A stretch of 64,000 bases of DNA from positions 2,790,001 through 2,854,000 of the forward strand of contig NC_079238.1 in NCBI RefSeq assembly GCF_027921745.1, given 5' to 3'. The translations under genes were made by a program, and so were the position numbers. This document shows, one piece after another, positions 32,712 to 44,454 of the stretch (its first letter is position 1; every line of letters starts with the position of its first letter). This stretch comes from Schizosaccharomyces osmophilus (lineage: Eukaryota). The notes under the pieces are model-generated. The model searched no databases. It was given only the letters and a program-made list of their open reading frames with translations, and was not told the origin of the DNA.

Positions 32712-33530
32712 TTACGAAGAGTTATTAGGAGATCCGTGCAGCTCGGGTTCTGATTCATTTACGTCGGAATCTGAACTGCCTTCATCAATAGGATTTCCTG
32801 TTGCATCAGTTAAGTGAATAGTATCTATGTAATTGGGTTCAACAGAATCTTCAACAGGGTTTTCTGTTGCCTCCATATCCGCATCCTCTCTATCAGAGAG
32901 AATATTTTCTTGTGCCAATTCCTCAGCAACATCTTCTTGCTCTAATTCATCTTTATCGTTTTCTTCCATTCCAGAAGACGTTTCCTGCACAAGTTTGTCC
33001 TGTGGATCCAACCTGCTTTTCTTCGTAGATTTATCTTCATCCACGTGAGGAATTTTTAGCTTCTTTTCTTTCAACGCAGCTTCGTATGCTATTTTTGTCA
33101 GTTGCGTATGCATAAAGAGAATCATACCTTGAAGATGAGCATCTAGTTGATTGGTGAAATCGGGATATTCTATTTCCTGTAGAGCACTCAAAACATCTTG
33201 GGGCATAACAACTTTCCGATTTTTTGTAGAAGAAATTTCTCCAGCACTAATCAATTGAACGGGTCAGTCTACGTGTCAAGTTGGAAATTGTCTGGAAGAA
33301 ACACGAATCTGTACTTTCTCTTCGTGTTAAGTTTGTAAAGTGACTTAAAGTACGTACGCAGATGTTAAATAACTAACAAAAAGAGTCGCTGAATTCGTAA
33401 TGGCCTTGACCGCTTCCTTTTGTGCTGTACTTTTCTGGGGTAAAACCTGTTTAATTAAACGCATAACAATAGAACGAGGAAGAGCCAAGTCATCTAATTC
33501 AGTATGTTCTCCGGTATTCATTGGATCCAT
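32712..33530 (-). CDS. dpb4: DNA polymerase epsilon histone-fold subunit Dpb4
   Basis: [34 protein letters not shown] histone fold, acidic tail; introns 33247-33357 and 33089-33127. Confidence 0.88.
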
Positions 33531-34455
33531 TTTGTAAGTACTGTATTCGTTTTACGCCGGTAGTTCAGAAACGTGAAAGATAAGTCAACTAGGGCGTGTA
33601 AGTAATGTTTACAGGTAAAAAAGCTTTGCCAAATGAGAATATAGTATACCTTCATACACTTTCCTGTTTATAATTTTTTATTTTATTCATTTAGTACATA
33701 TATTGTTGTTTATTATTCATAAAAAAATGGAGAAAGTTCTATCCTGAAAAGCATAAAATCGAGACACACGATTCAAAGGTTGCTTATTCAATGTGAATAA
33801 ATCCAAAATAATTAAAGACAAATTATTGAGTAGAAAATCTCTTAAGTATGCGTTGTTGGTATTTATTCCAACAGCGTAAGAGCAATGATTGAAATAGAGA
33901 ATGGGGGACACACGTCCTAAAAAAGATTCAGAATCGTTTGGTTCGATACAATTGGCCCCATCCATCAAAAACTTTTCATTTCTAACGGTCCTTGAAGCCT
34001 ACGGCAAGTAGACATTACTCACAAGCAATGAAGGAAATGAGAGCGTCTGTCTCCTTTGCAACTCATGAAGCTTATGAAAATCCAGCAAACTTCATGAAAT
34101 GAATGCAATGAAATAATTCATGATGGACTCAAGGAATCAGTTGCTCTTCTTCGTCAAGTGAGTGCTAAACCAGGTTCGCTTCTTTAAAAAAAGGAAAGCA
34201 GTCAATGAATTCATCAATACTTTAATAATTCACAAGTTTATGAACAACTATTGTTGTTTAATTCAGACATAGTACCCCCTTTGCTTTCGAAGTTGCTTCC
34301 CAGAGACTTCTTCTTCACTTTACCACCTTCAATAGTCTTTTACTAAAGGAAGAAGTAACGAAAGTGTAGCGAATTGACTACCTTTACCGTTCAAGTAAAA
34401 GAATAAGCTAATAATTTTTTGTTATTTTCGGCTTTCACGCATACCTACTATTTGA

Positions 34456-35055
34456 ATGAATCAGGCAGGTCAAATTATTCCCTTTACAACATCTGGCTCC
34501 CTGGTGGATTATGTTGACCGTAAGCTTTCCCTTCCTTCTTCAACTTCTAATTTTTGTTTCTATAGGTAAAGTAATAGTGGTTTTACGAGATGGTAAAAAG
34601 TTAATTGGCATTCTCCGGTCCTTTGACCAATTTGGTACGTTTTAACTTTGTTTTCCCTGTTTGGAAAAATATAAAGGTCAACTCCCTAACTTTTACAGCC
34701 AACCTTATGCTCCAGTATACGATTGAAAGAATTTATGTGGATGACATGTTTGGTGATATTGATCGAGGTGTTTTCATTGTGCGAGGTGAAAATGTTGTAT
34801 TACTAGGAGAATTGGTAAGGATTTAGACAGGTTTGCGAGACTTGAAGGATCGTGGTTTGTCAATTGTGCTAACCATTTTAGGACTTGGACAAAGAATATG
34901 AAATGGAAAAGGGATTGCGCCGTGTTCCAGCGGAACATCTATTTCCTTTGTCAAAGGGACGTTCTGATGAAAAGCGGAAAACTTTACGGGAAAAAACCAA
35001 AAAACTGAACACCGTCGGTTTCAGCGTCGATTTTGGTCATGATGATTTGTACTAG
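34456..35055 (+). CDS. lsm1: Decapping activator Lsm1, 4 exons
   Basis: FTTSGSLVDYVD / KVIVVLRDGKKLIGILRSFDQF / ANLMLQYTIERI..GVFIVRGENVVLLGEL; three canonical introns. Confidence 0.9.
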
Positions 35056-35289
35056 AATTTACAAACGTGTGCCTTAATTTTATTTTGCTCTCTATAATAT
35101 TACATTTCTTTGGTCTTTTCAGTCTATCACTTCATCGATAATTTCTTACATCTCTAAAGAATGGAAATTTGTGAGTTTGTGAATGATACATAGATTGAAC
35201 CAATAAATGAATTTTCAATGTTTGTTTCCGATTCATATATTATTTTTTTCATTATTAAAGACGTGGCATATAAAGTACTTTTGAAAGAA

Positions 35290-36992
35290 TTAGCAGAATT
35301 TGTCTGATGATGATCCAGTGCTACTAGACCTTTTTAACTCAGGCGTCTCTATCTCATCTTGCATAGAAAGGGAAACAGGTGGTCGGTCCACTGCAAGATC
35401 AATATCTGAAGCCGGCCAAATCCAGTGTAAGAGCATCATAACCAAATAATCTAACGTTATTAATATACAAAATAGTTTACCAGCCCATTGACCACAACCA
35501 TAGTAAAGTTTTAACCGATTGATAAGACGCAAGTTAGGCTCTGCGCAGATACTTTCATAAACTTTTTCGGTTCTTTCTGCGACGTCAATCCATGAATACA
35601 TTTTTTTTACCTCATCATGAAATTTCACGGTTTTTATCTTATTGTTGAGGTAATCAGAAATTGCATTTGACAATGTTCGTACTAAATCGTCTTCTTCAGG
35701 TCTGGCAAATCGAGTCATATGAGAAGGCAAAACTTCAGGAACACCTCCAACCTTGGTAGAAATAACGTACAAACCACAACTCGCCGCTTCCACCAAGACA
35801 GTTCCGAACGCTTCAGTTAAACTTGGGTGTAAGTAAATATGTCCGCGCACCATAACATCTCGGACTTGGTCATGCCGTACTGAACCTAGCATTTCCACTC
35901 TATCTTGTAGCATATATTTTTCACGCATTTGTTCTAGATCAATTGCCTTTGGCCCATCTCCTGCAATTACAAATCGAACCTTGTGGAATTCCGCACAGAT
36001 TCTAGGAATGACGGCAATTAGTAGATCAATTCCCTTGTTATAATACAATCTTGAAATTACGACGATGGTCACTGTGTGCACAAGGTTAGACAGAACGTGA
36101 AAAAATAAAGAAAGAAAGTAAGAAATATAAATACATACAATAATCCTCAGACGCTTTTGAAGGATCTGGCTTGAAGTTTTCAGGTACCAGTGCATTTGGA
36201 ATAACCGAAACTTTTTGGGGATTTAGGACAGCACGAAGGACGGTGTTTTCTCGACTAAATTTTCATGGTTAATAAAAAAGCAAAATTTCATATCGTACCA
36301 TGTGTGAGAAACACAAATTACATGATCAATATCACTCATCGTAAACTTGAGGAGCTTATTAGTGATTATGCTTCCTGCATCAGCAAAACCAAATAGGGAA
36401 TGATCAGTAAAACAGGTCTTTAATCCCATAGTACGACCATGAAGAATGGCATCGTGGCATAAGAACGACAAACTTCCATGTCCGTGTACGATTTCAATTT
36501 GTTCTCGGATTATGATATTTCGGAAGATGGGGAAAAAGTAAAAAAATGAAGGAAAAGTAGTCTCACGGTACACCGTCTAACAGAAAAGTGTCAGCAAAAG
36601 ATGGTGTCTGAGGAATGTGGATCCTAGAGAGAAACATACATGAAGAGGAACATAATAGGCCGTTAAGCCATTGGTGAGATACCGGACACCGACACGGTCT
36701 TTATACGCATGGGTAATCACTTGTTATAATTGTTAGTCGACAAATAATAGAAGAAACCCCACCATCGGAGAATGCGTACCTATAACTTTATGTCCAAGGT
36801 CAATGAGTCGTTGAGATAATTGAAAAATATGAGATTCAATTCCACCTGGTTGAGGAAAGAAAAAGTCAGAAACCATGCTAAATACAAGTTAGAACAAGGA
36901 AAACAAGATGAAAACCGCAATGATTCCATTCGCGAAAGACAAGTCAGCGACACATTAGTACAGTCCATTACATACGCTATTCGATAACCCAT
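35290..36992 (-). CDS. gpi3: GPI-GlcNAc transferase catalytic subunit PIG-A/Spt14, multi-exon
   Basis: [58 protein letters not shown]. Confidence 0.92.
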
Positions 36993-37641
36993 TGTGAGAA
37001 AGGTATTATAAAGTTTCTAGGGAAAGGACTAAATCGATCTAAAGAGGATGTCCATTCGCATTTCGTTTTTCAGATGGTAAAAATCATGTAAACATCCCTT
37101 TCATAACAAGGCACGTTGGTGGAATTAGTAATACTGTAAGATAATATTACTATATTACTAAGTTAATTAAATTCATCAAAAACTATTTAATTCATTTTCT
37201 CAGATGTACTGAAGAAAATAGAGGAGGACTATAGTGGAAGTTTATGAGTTTTGTTGTAAAGAATTATTTTGAACTCGCACTGATAATTCATCAGTCAACC
37301 ATATTCAAGGTACAATCATAACTCGGGGTGATTGAAGTTACGAAAGAAGGTATGTATTTCCTTTTTCTCGCCAATGGTTTTCTCACAACTCCACAGCTCT
37401 CCTTTCTTTAACTTTCAATGCCATTCTCTTTATATTGCAACCAGACCTACATAAAAAGTTTCATTTGTTGCTTACAGTGGAAGCCTCGTAAATTTTGTCT
37501 TAATCAGAATATTACTATTCATATAGTGTAACAAAGGATGCATATTTTCAAGAGAAAATTCCCAAATAAAACAATCTACTTGATCTCAATTGTACTCCAA
37601 TTCCACATATATTTATTTTGCTTTAATAAGCCATTAACCAT

Positions 37642-37715
37642 GGTCGCATGATGTAGTTGGTTATCATGTCGATCTAATAAGTCGAATGTCGCCAGTTCGA
37701 GCCTGGCTGTGACCA
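37642..37715 (+). tRNA. tRNA-Ile (anticodon AAT)
   Basis: Acceptor GGTCGCA/TGTGACC, D arm ATGTAGTTGGTTATCAT, anticodon stem TCGAT-CTAATAA-GTCGA, T arm GCCAGTTCGAGCCTGGC, followed by a T-run Pol III terminator. Confidence 0.95.
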
Positions 37716-38141
37716 TATTTTTACATATTTAATTCTTTTTGTTTATTGTCATTCTTTAATGATTTAATGCCATATTTTACTTTTATTTGATTTGTTTTTT
37801 TTTTTATTATTATTCCATACGTTTCGTGATTGTTTTGCTTGAAAAAAAGAGTAAAAGCAGGACGTACAAAATATAGAACATACAATGTTTAAAGGTGGAG
37901 AACACGAGACTACTTTTGTGCCGCTACAATGTTTTGTAGTAGTTTGATCATAAGAGAAATTTATGATTCCTTTTTCATTTAAGGAAAATAAAAAGACAAA
38001 ATCCAACAAAGTAAACAAACACTATATCTCGGGTAAATAACCTTATTCTCTAGCGAGAGTTTCTCGCTTTGTGGTGACAGCTAGATTTGAACTGAGTACA
38101 TTAATTTTTAGAAAGCACACTTTTAGTACAAAAGACAAAGA

Positions 38142-39575
38142 ATGAAAAATTTAGTGGTTTTTGGAACTGATTCACATCCAAAATTAACAGAAGCCATATG
38201 CGAACATTTATGCTTGGAGGTTGGTCGTGCTCAAATTGGAAAATTTAGGTATGTTAATGCACAGATGATAAAAAAAGCAAAAGGACAAGGATTTGGGCAA
38301 AAGAAGTTTAAATAAATTAGCAATCCTTTCCCTTTAAAAATTAATTATTTGAAAAGATTTATTCCATTCAAGGGAATGCCCAAATCTTAAATGACAAATG
38401 AAGAAGCGTGAAAACTTAGATTTTATTTAGCGATGCATGTGTACTACTAGAGCTATCATTCGCAGAAGTATTTTATAAAGCTTTCCTATTCCATTTCTTT
38501 TTTCTTTTTTTTTCGCTTGCTGTCTCGGTCCATCCTCGTGAGAAATAGGCTAACTCTTCTTGCAGCAATGGAGAAACCTCTGTAAAAGTCAAACAGTCTG
38601 TTCGTGGTTGTGATGTATATATTATTAGTCCGGCTTCTGGTCAAGTTAACGACCACTTAATGGAACTCTTGGTTATGATTTCTGCGTGTAAAACCGCCTC
38701 CGCTATAAAGGTGACGGCCGTTTTGCCTGTTTTCCCTTATAGTCGTCAACCAGACCAAATTTTCTCTTCTCGAGGTGCTCCTCTTTTAGGAGCTTCTGCT
38801 GAAGGCACTATAGAACCAAAGCGCACTTCTCCGTATCAATCATGGATTGCTCAATCAGGAACTTTAGTTGCTGATTTGTTGATGTGTGCCGGTGCTGACC
38901 ACATCATTACTATGGATCTCCATGACCCTCAATTTCAAGGCTTTTTTGACATTCCCGTCGACAACTTGTTTGGCCGCCCCTTATTGAAGCACTATATAGC
39001 TTTGAATATTCCTGACTATCAAAATGGAGTCTGTATTTCCCCGGATGCTGGTGGTGCTAAACGAGCCACTGCTATAGCTGACTCTTTAGGATTGGATTTT
39101 GCTTTGATCCACAAGGTATGTTTGCTTTACATTGATGATTTACGTACTAATCTTTTAAGAACCGTCGTCACGAATCTGGAAGCTCATTAATGCTCGTTGG
39201 TGATGTACAAGACAAAATAGCAATTTTAATTGATGATTTAATTGACACCGCTTCTACTTTGGTGAGTGCCGCCGAATTTGTTAAAAAGCATGGAGCTAGC
39301 CAAGTATATGCTCTTGTTACACATTGTGTCCTGTCTGGTGATGCCATTGAACGTGTCAAACAATCTTGTATAGACAAATTAATTGTTACCAACACAGCAC
39401 CTCAAACAATTGAACCAAGTGACTGTTTCGACATTATTGATGTTTCTCCTACTTTTGCTGAGGTATGTCCCGTACTTTTTTTCTTTTTTTTTAACAACAT
39501 GATTAGGCTATCCGTCGTATTCACAATGGCGAGAGTATTTCCATTTTGTATGACCAAAATAACGTTTGGTTTTAA
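38142..39575 (+). CDS. prs5: Ribose-phosphate pyrophosphokinase, 4 exons
   Basis: [70 protein letters not shown]; introns 38249-38565, 39116-39159 and one near 39463-39506. Confidence 0.88.
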
Positions 39576-40032
39576 AACCATTGGTATCGATTTGCACATA
39601 TTTATTATTTCTTTGCCAATGTCATTTACCCATTGGCATGACAAAAGCTTTGGCATGCTTAACGTATGATTGTCATATTCTTTTTGGGATACTTTTGATT
39701 TGCTATTGTTTATTTTTATTTTTTTTAGGGTCAAAAAATAGATATTTTACAGACAATTTTTTTTTAATAAATATACTTTTTTTAGATCAATTAATTGTAT
39801 TGATATAAAATCTAGACTTTGGTAGGAAATATTAAAACGAATGTTAAATAACTTGAGGAATAAAACGGATATCATGTAGAAAACATAACGGAATGCCTGA
39901 GAAAAAATAAAAGAACAAGAAAGTAATTAGTAATTACATCAACAGTCGATGTTTGCTTTGCTTTTTTTTTATTTATCAAAGCATATACACAAGGGGTAGT
40001 ATTCAATAAAAGGTGCCGATACGATAATGGGC

Positions 40033-40939
40033 TTACATTATCAAATATAATAAACCTCCGGACACAACAGGTATCACCACATTATCATCTAAACCCCATA
40101 CGTTCATTGCTTCTGCAACAGCACCGACAAATCCGTTCACTATACATAGTACTGGAAAGGGCATCCAAGATTGGGTTGCCAAATTCTCGGGGCCCGTCCG
40201 GATGATTCCCCAGTACACATAAGACGCTAAGATCCCACAAACAAATGCACCAAGACTACCGGCTAAGCTTTTATTTTTAGCAATCTTTGGAGTATACTTT
40301 CCATATTTGCGACCAAAACTAGAAGCTGCTGTGTCGCACCAAGATAAAAGTAAAATACTCATTACTGCAATCTCCTAAACGCGTATTTGTTAGAAAATCA
40401 GTTTCAACGTTGTCATGTCCATTTGAAAAGACGAGCAAATGATTAAGGAGCTGGAAACCACCAAAACTCATGAACATAATTCATTTTGTTCCTGATGAGG
40501 CCCAAACGAAATCAAAAAGTATTCTTTCAGCGGTTCATCTTCTGCACTATACGTCCTCTCAATGTCTTCAACATACCTCTGGTAAAAAGCTCAAAACTAT
40601 CCATGTTCCTACCAAATAAAATATAACGCCATTCCAACTATTTTTCTCAGATTCACGCATCAAAGGACCCATAACTCGATTGTACAACCGACCAAAAGCT
40701 GGCCATTGAAATCGTATGACATCTCCTGTTAAGACTGGAATAAAACCCAAGGCCAAGTACGGGGTAATCTGCTCAGCATGAAATTGATACCATTGAAGTC
40801 CTAACGTGATGAAACCTACCAATATAGGTTAACCAGTGTTCACCCAAATCGCTTTTCACTTACCAATTGATGTATGTAGGAGTTTTCGAGGAAGTTCATT
40901 CTTTTTAGACCATTGCGACCAAGTCAATTTTGTCGACAT
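40033..40939 (-). CDS. dgk1: CTP-dependent diacylglycerol kinase Dgk1 family
   Basis: ELPRKLLHTSIG, LMRESEKNSWNGVIFY, LLSWCDTAASSFGRKYG, KSLAGS, LDDNVVIP; introns 40816-40863 and 40375-40576. Confidence 0.88.
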
Positions 40940-41668
40940 TAGATCGTTCTTGCTCTGTTCATTCCACTCTAGCCATTCGCGGTTTACTATAGAAGTTTTA
41001 AATAACGATACCGTACAAAAGCCAACGATATATTGCAGTGCTGTATAAAATATAGCAACAATATAAATGTTTCCCTATTTGTTTTCGCTTCTAAAATTCA
41101 TAAATTATTGTCCCATATAAATCATGTAAATAAACAAGTCGATAGAATGTTTACCAGAACCGTCTTTGGTTTTGTATTTGCCAATGGATGTATAATTACA
41201 GTTGTTTTATAGTATATTTATCTATTCTACTATAAATGAAGCCTGTATATGAGGGAAATATGAAAAAGAGCGACTGTAGTCTTTTCTTATAAAAATCGAC
41301 TTTGTGAAATTCATTCACTGGACACATAAAATTACGATGATGAAAGGTATGATAATAACAGTCTAAATTAAAATAAAGGTTGAAACCATGTAAACTAAGA
41401 ATCACTGCTCAGTTGGAGTTCTTTCCATCATGTTTTTCAGTACGTTAAATCAAGTCGTTTGTTGTCACTTTGAAGAGAGTTACAACAGAAAGAATCATTC
41501 CATATTTATCTTTTTTGTTTAGCATTATTGTTGATAAAAATAGAATACTCAATTTTTCGTGTTCTTTAAATGAAAATATCTATATTTATCAACGAAATGT
41601 TGCGCGCTCTCCGTAATGTCAGTAGCTATGATTTCCCAAAACACAGAGAAAACAAGCTCTCAACCTCC

Positions 41669-43763
41669 ATGGCGGATTCACCCCGAAATCCGTTTAATTC
41701 TCGATCACAATTGCCTAGGTTTTTAGCAACTGCTCCCAAAAAACCATCGTCTATCCCGGCGCCCAAAAAACCCACTTCTGGTACGCGTACCCTTACATAT
41801 TCTTTACGAGCATCATACTAATCAAACAGAAAAGGATACTACTCGAGTCCAGTCACTTGAATTCGCTTTAGAAAATGCCAAAAATGATTTGAAACAAAAA
41901 GAAATTGAAAATGACCGAGAACGCAATGACTTACTCGCGAAACTAACAGAGGAGCGCGAACAATCAAAGGCCCTTCAAATTCGCGTCTCTTTGCTTGAAA
42001 AAAAAGATTTTGAACGGGAAGCTAATAACGATGAAGTCCTTGAAAGACTCAGATCTGATAATGAGTCACTCGTCCTACAACTTTCAAAAACCAAGTCTGA
42101 TTTTACCCAAGAAACTTCTGCTCTCGGAACTGAACTAGAGAAAACACAGCAAGAATTAAGGAATAAAATCTACAAGATGGAAGATTTCCAACAAAAGAAC
42201 AAGCTTTTTGAAGAGAACGCGTCTCAATTGGAGAGTCGTACTGCCTCCTTGCAAGAACAACTAAACTCAAAGCTTAATGAACTTTTGGATAAAGAGCAAC
42301 AAATGCAAGCTCTTACCAACGAAGTAGAAAAACTCAAAGAATCGGTCGATCACGTTTCTGATTCTTTGGTGTTAAAAGATGCCAACCAAAAGCTCTTAGA
42401 ACGAGTCTCAGAACTGGAAAAGCTTCAGGAAAAGCATCTGTCTATGATTGAACGATTCAATACGAACTCTAGAAACGTTGAAATATTAAATGAAGAAAAA
42501 GCTGATCTCGAGGCTAAGCTATACCAATACGAAGACTACAAAGAGAAGGTCGCTACTCTGAGCGTTGATATTGAAAAAACTCAAGCGGAACTGAATACTT
42601 GGAAAAAGACATTCACGGATATAAATGTCCCAGAGCTTGCCGCAGAAAAATTCAAGACTGTGCAATCCGAAAATAAGGCCCTTACCGAGCGCGTCTCAGA
42701 CCTCACACAACAGCTACTTCAAGAAAGGGACCAGGGACCTCCAATGGTTTTAGACTTAAATAACAAGGTTGCTGACCTTAAGAAAGAAATTGTAGAAATC
42801 AACGAACAGACTCGACGGCTTCAACGTCAGGTATTCTTAGCCAACCAAGAAATAAGTCTTTTGCGCGCAAATTTGAAAAGCTATGATGACGAGGAATCAA
42901 TAATGAATAGCGAAAGTTCTAATCAGAAAAAGCTTGAACGAATTGAGTCGCTTACTAAGTTGATTGATGAGTATAAACTCTTATTTGAGAATTCCAAAAT
43001 TTATAACAACGGCTCTTCCGCAGATGAACAGCCCTTAACTTTAAAACGTCCTCGGGAAGAGGACCAGGACGATGTTGGCTACGTAACGGAGTTGTATCGA
43101 GAAAATCAACATATACAGTTACGGCTACAAGAAAAGCTAAATACCGAAGGATTCCTAAGAGATCAAATCAACGGACTTGAAGTTATTATCGCTGAGCTGA
43201 GGCAAGAAATCATTCAAATGTCAGAACTAAAATCCTCCAGGGTCCTTCAACACAGATCAAATCCTACGCTTAAGCACGAAAGAGTAAAAGCAGAACAGCT
43301 TTACCTTCTTGAAAACGAGAATGAGGGTTACAAGGCGATCTTAGAACAGAGAGATATTCAAACAGTACCGATGGAGTCGCTGGCATTAGCTAATAGGAGA
43401 ACTTTGGAACTTAAGAAGGAACTTTTAGATCGAGATAAAAGGATACAGAGACTGAAAGAGATTTTTTCTGTGAAATCTTTGGAATTTAGAGAGGCAATAT
43501 ATTCTCTCTTTGGCTATAAAATAGAGTTTCTGCCGAATGGAAGTGTCCGCGTTACATCCATGTATTCAAACGAAAGCAACACTGCTTTTGTTTTTGATGG
43601 TGAAACTAGTACAATGAAATTGGTGGGAAAGCCTTCAAGTCCAGATTTCGAGCGATTAGTTAAATTTTGGTGTGATGAACAAAAAACGATACCTGGAATG
43701 CTGGCAGCCTTGACATTGGAATTGATCGACAAAAATGACCACTCTACCTTGAATGAGCAATAG
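41669..43763 (+). CDS. mad1: Spindle assembly checkpoint protein Mad1
   Basis: Long coiled coil, Mad2-binding RVLQHRSNP, RLKEIF motif, C-terminal RWD (FREAIYSLFGYKI); intron 41781-41829. Confidence 0.93.
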
Positions 43764-43902
43764 TGTAATGACAAAATCAATTTATGAAGGAAACCCTTAA
43801 CTATTTTTATAAGGCATTTACACATATGATATAAACTACATTCTCCAAACCGCAACTTTAACTAAATTCCTTTAATTTTATTCAATCAATTCTTCTGATA
43901 TT

Positions 43903-44276
43903 TTAAGCAGAAGGAATACGACCTTAAAATTGGTTAGCAATGTCATAGAGTCAACACACGAGATTGAACTTACTGTAAATCAATTGCTTAGAGGAGTGGT
44001 CCACCTTTTGAATAACACCACGGTCGGCCAAATCTTTGATGGCGATACGAGCAAGAGCACCGTTCATCTTCATACGGTCAACAAGGACAGAGACAGAGAT
44101 GAACTTGAAGGCAGGAACTTCCTTGTTGATACGGTCAATGAGATTCTTGTCAAAGACAGTGGCATGTTGAGCCTTGTCTTTCACTTTTCCTTTAGACCAT
44201 TTCTTCTTGGGTGCCTACATACTGTTAGTCTAGCTGTCAGGTAAACATTTACAACTAAATTCAAGCTTCATACCAT
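43903..44276 (-). CDS. rps25: 40S ribosomal protein S25 (eS25), 3 exons
   Basis: Exon 1 is the ATG only; APKKKWSKGKVKDKAQHA..; introns 44215-44273 and 43923-43973. Confidence 0.95.
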
Positions 44277-44335
44277 TTTTACAGTATTTACCAAGGGATT
44301 ACCAGTTAAACATGAGAAGTTTTGACCTTACTATT

Positions 44336-44343
44336 TGTGACTG
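44336..44343. promoter_or_regulatory. Homol-D box
   Basis: TGTGACTG (= CAGTCACA) 60 bp upstream of the rps25 ATG; the canonical fission-yeast ribosomal-protein promoter element. Confidence 0.85.
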
Positions 44344-44454
44344 TTTTATTAAGTAACACTTTACTATTCGGAACAGGTAACAATCATTGGTGAGCCAAGG
44401 TGCCAACAGAGATCCACAGGTTTGTATATTTGGTTACAATTTCTTAGGTATGGT

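Noticed and set aside
40470..40530. Hammerhead-like core CTGATGAG-gcccaaa-CGAAA preceded by a GAACA/TGTTC stem
   Set aside because: No NUH cleavage triplet in register (reads CAT), stem III cannot form, stem II is 1 bp, and it is antisense to the dgk1 intron
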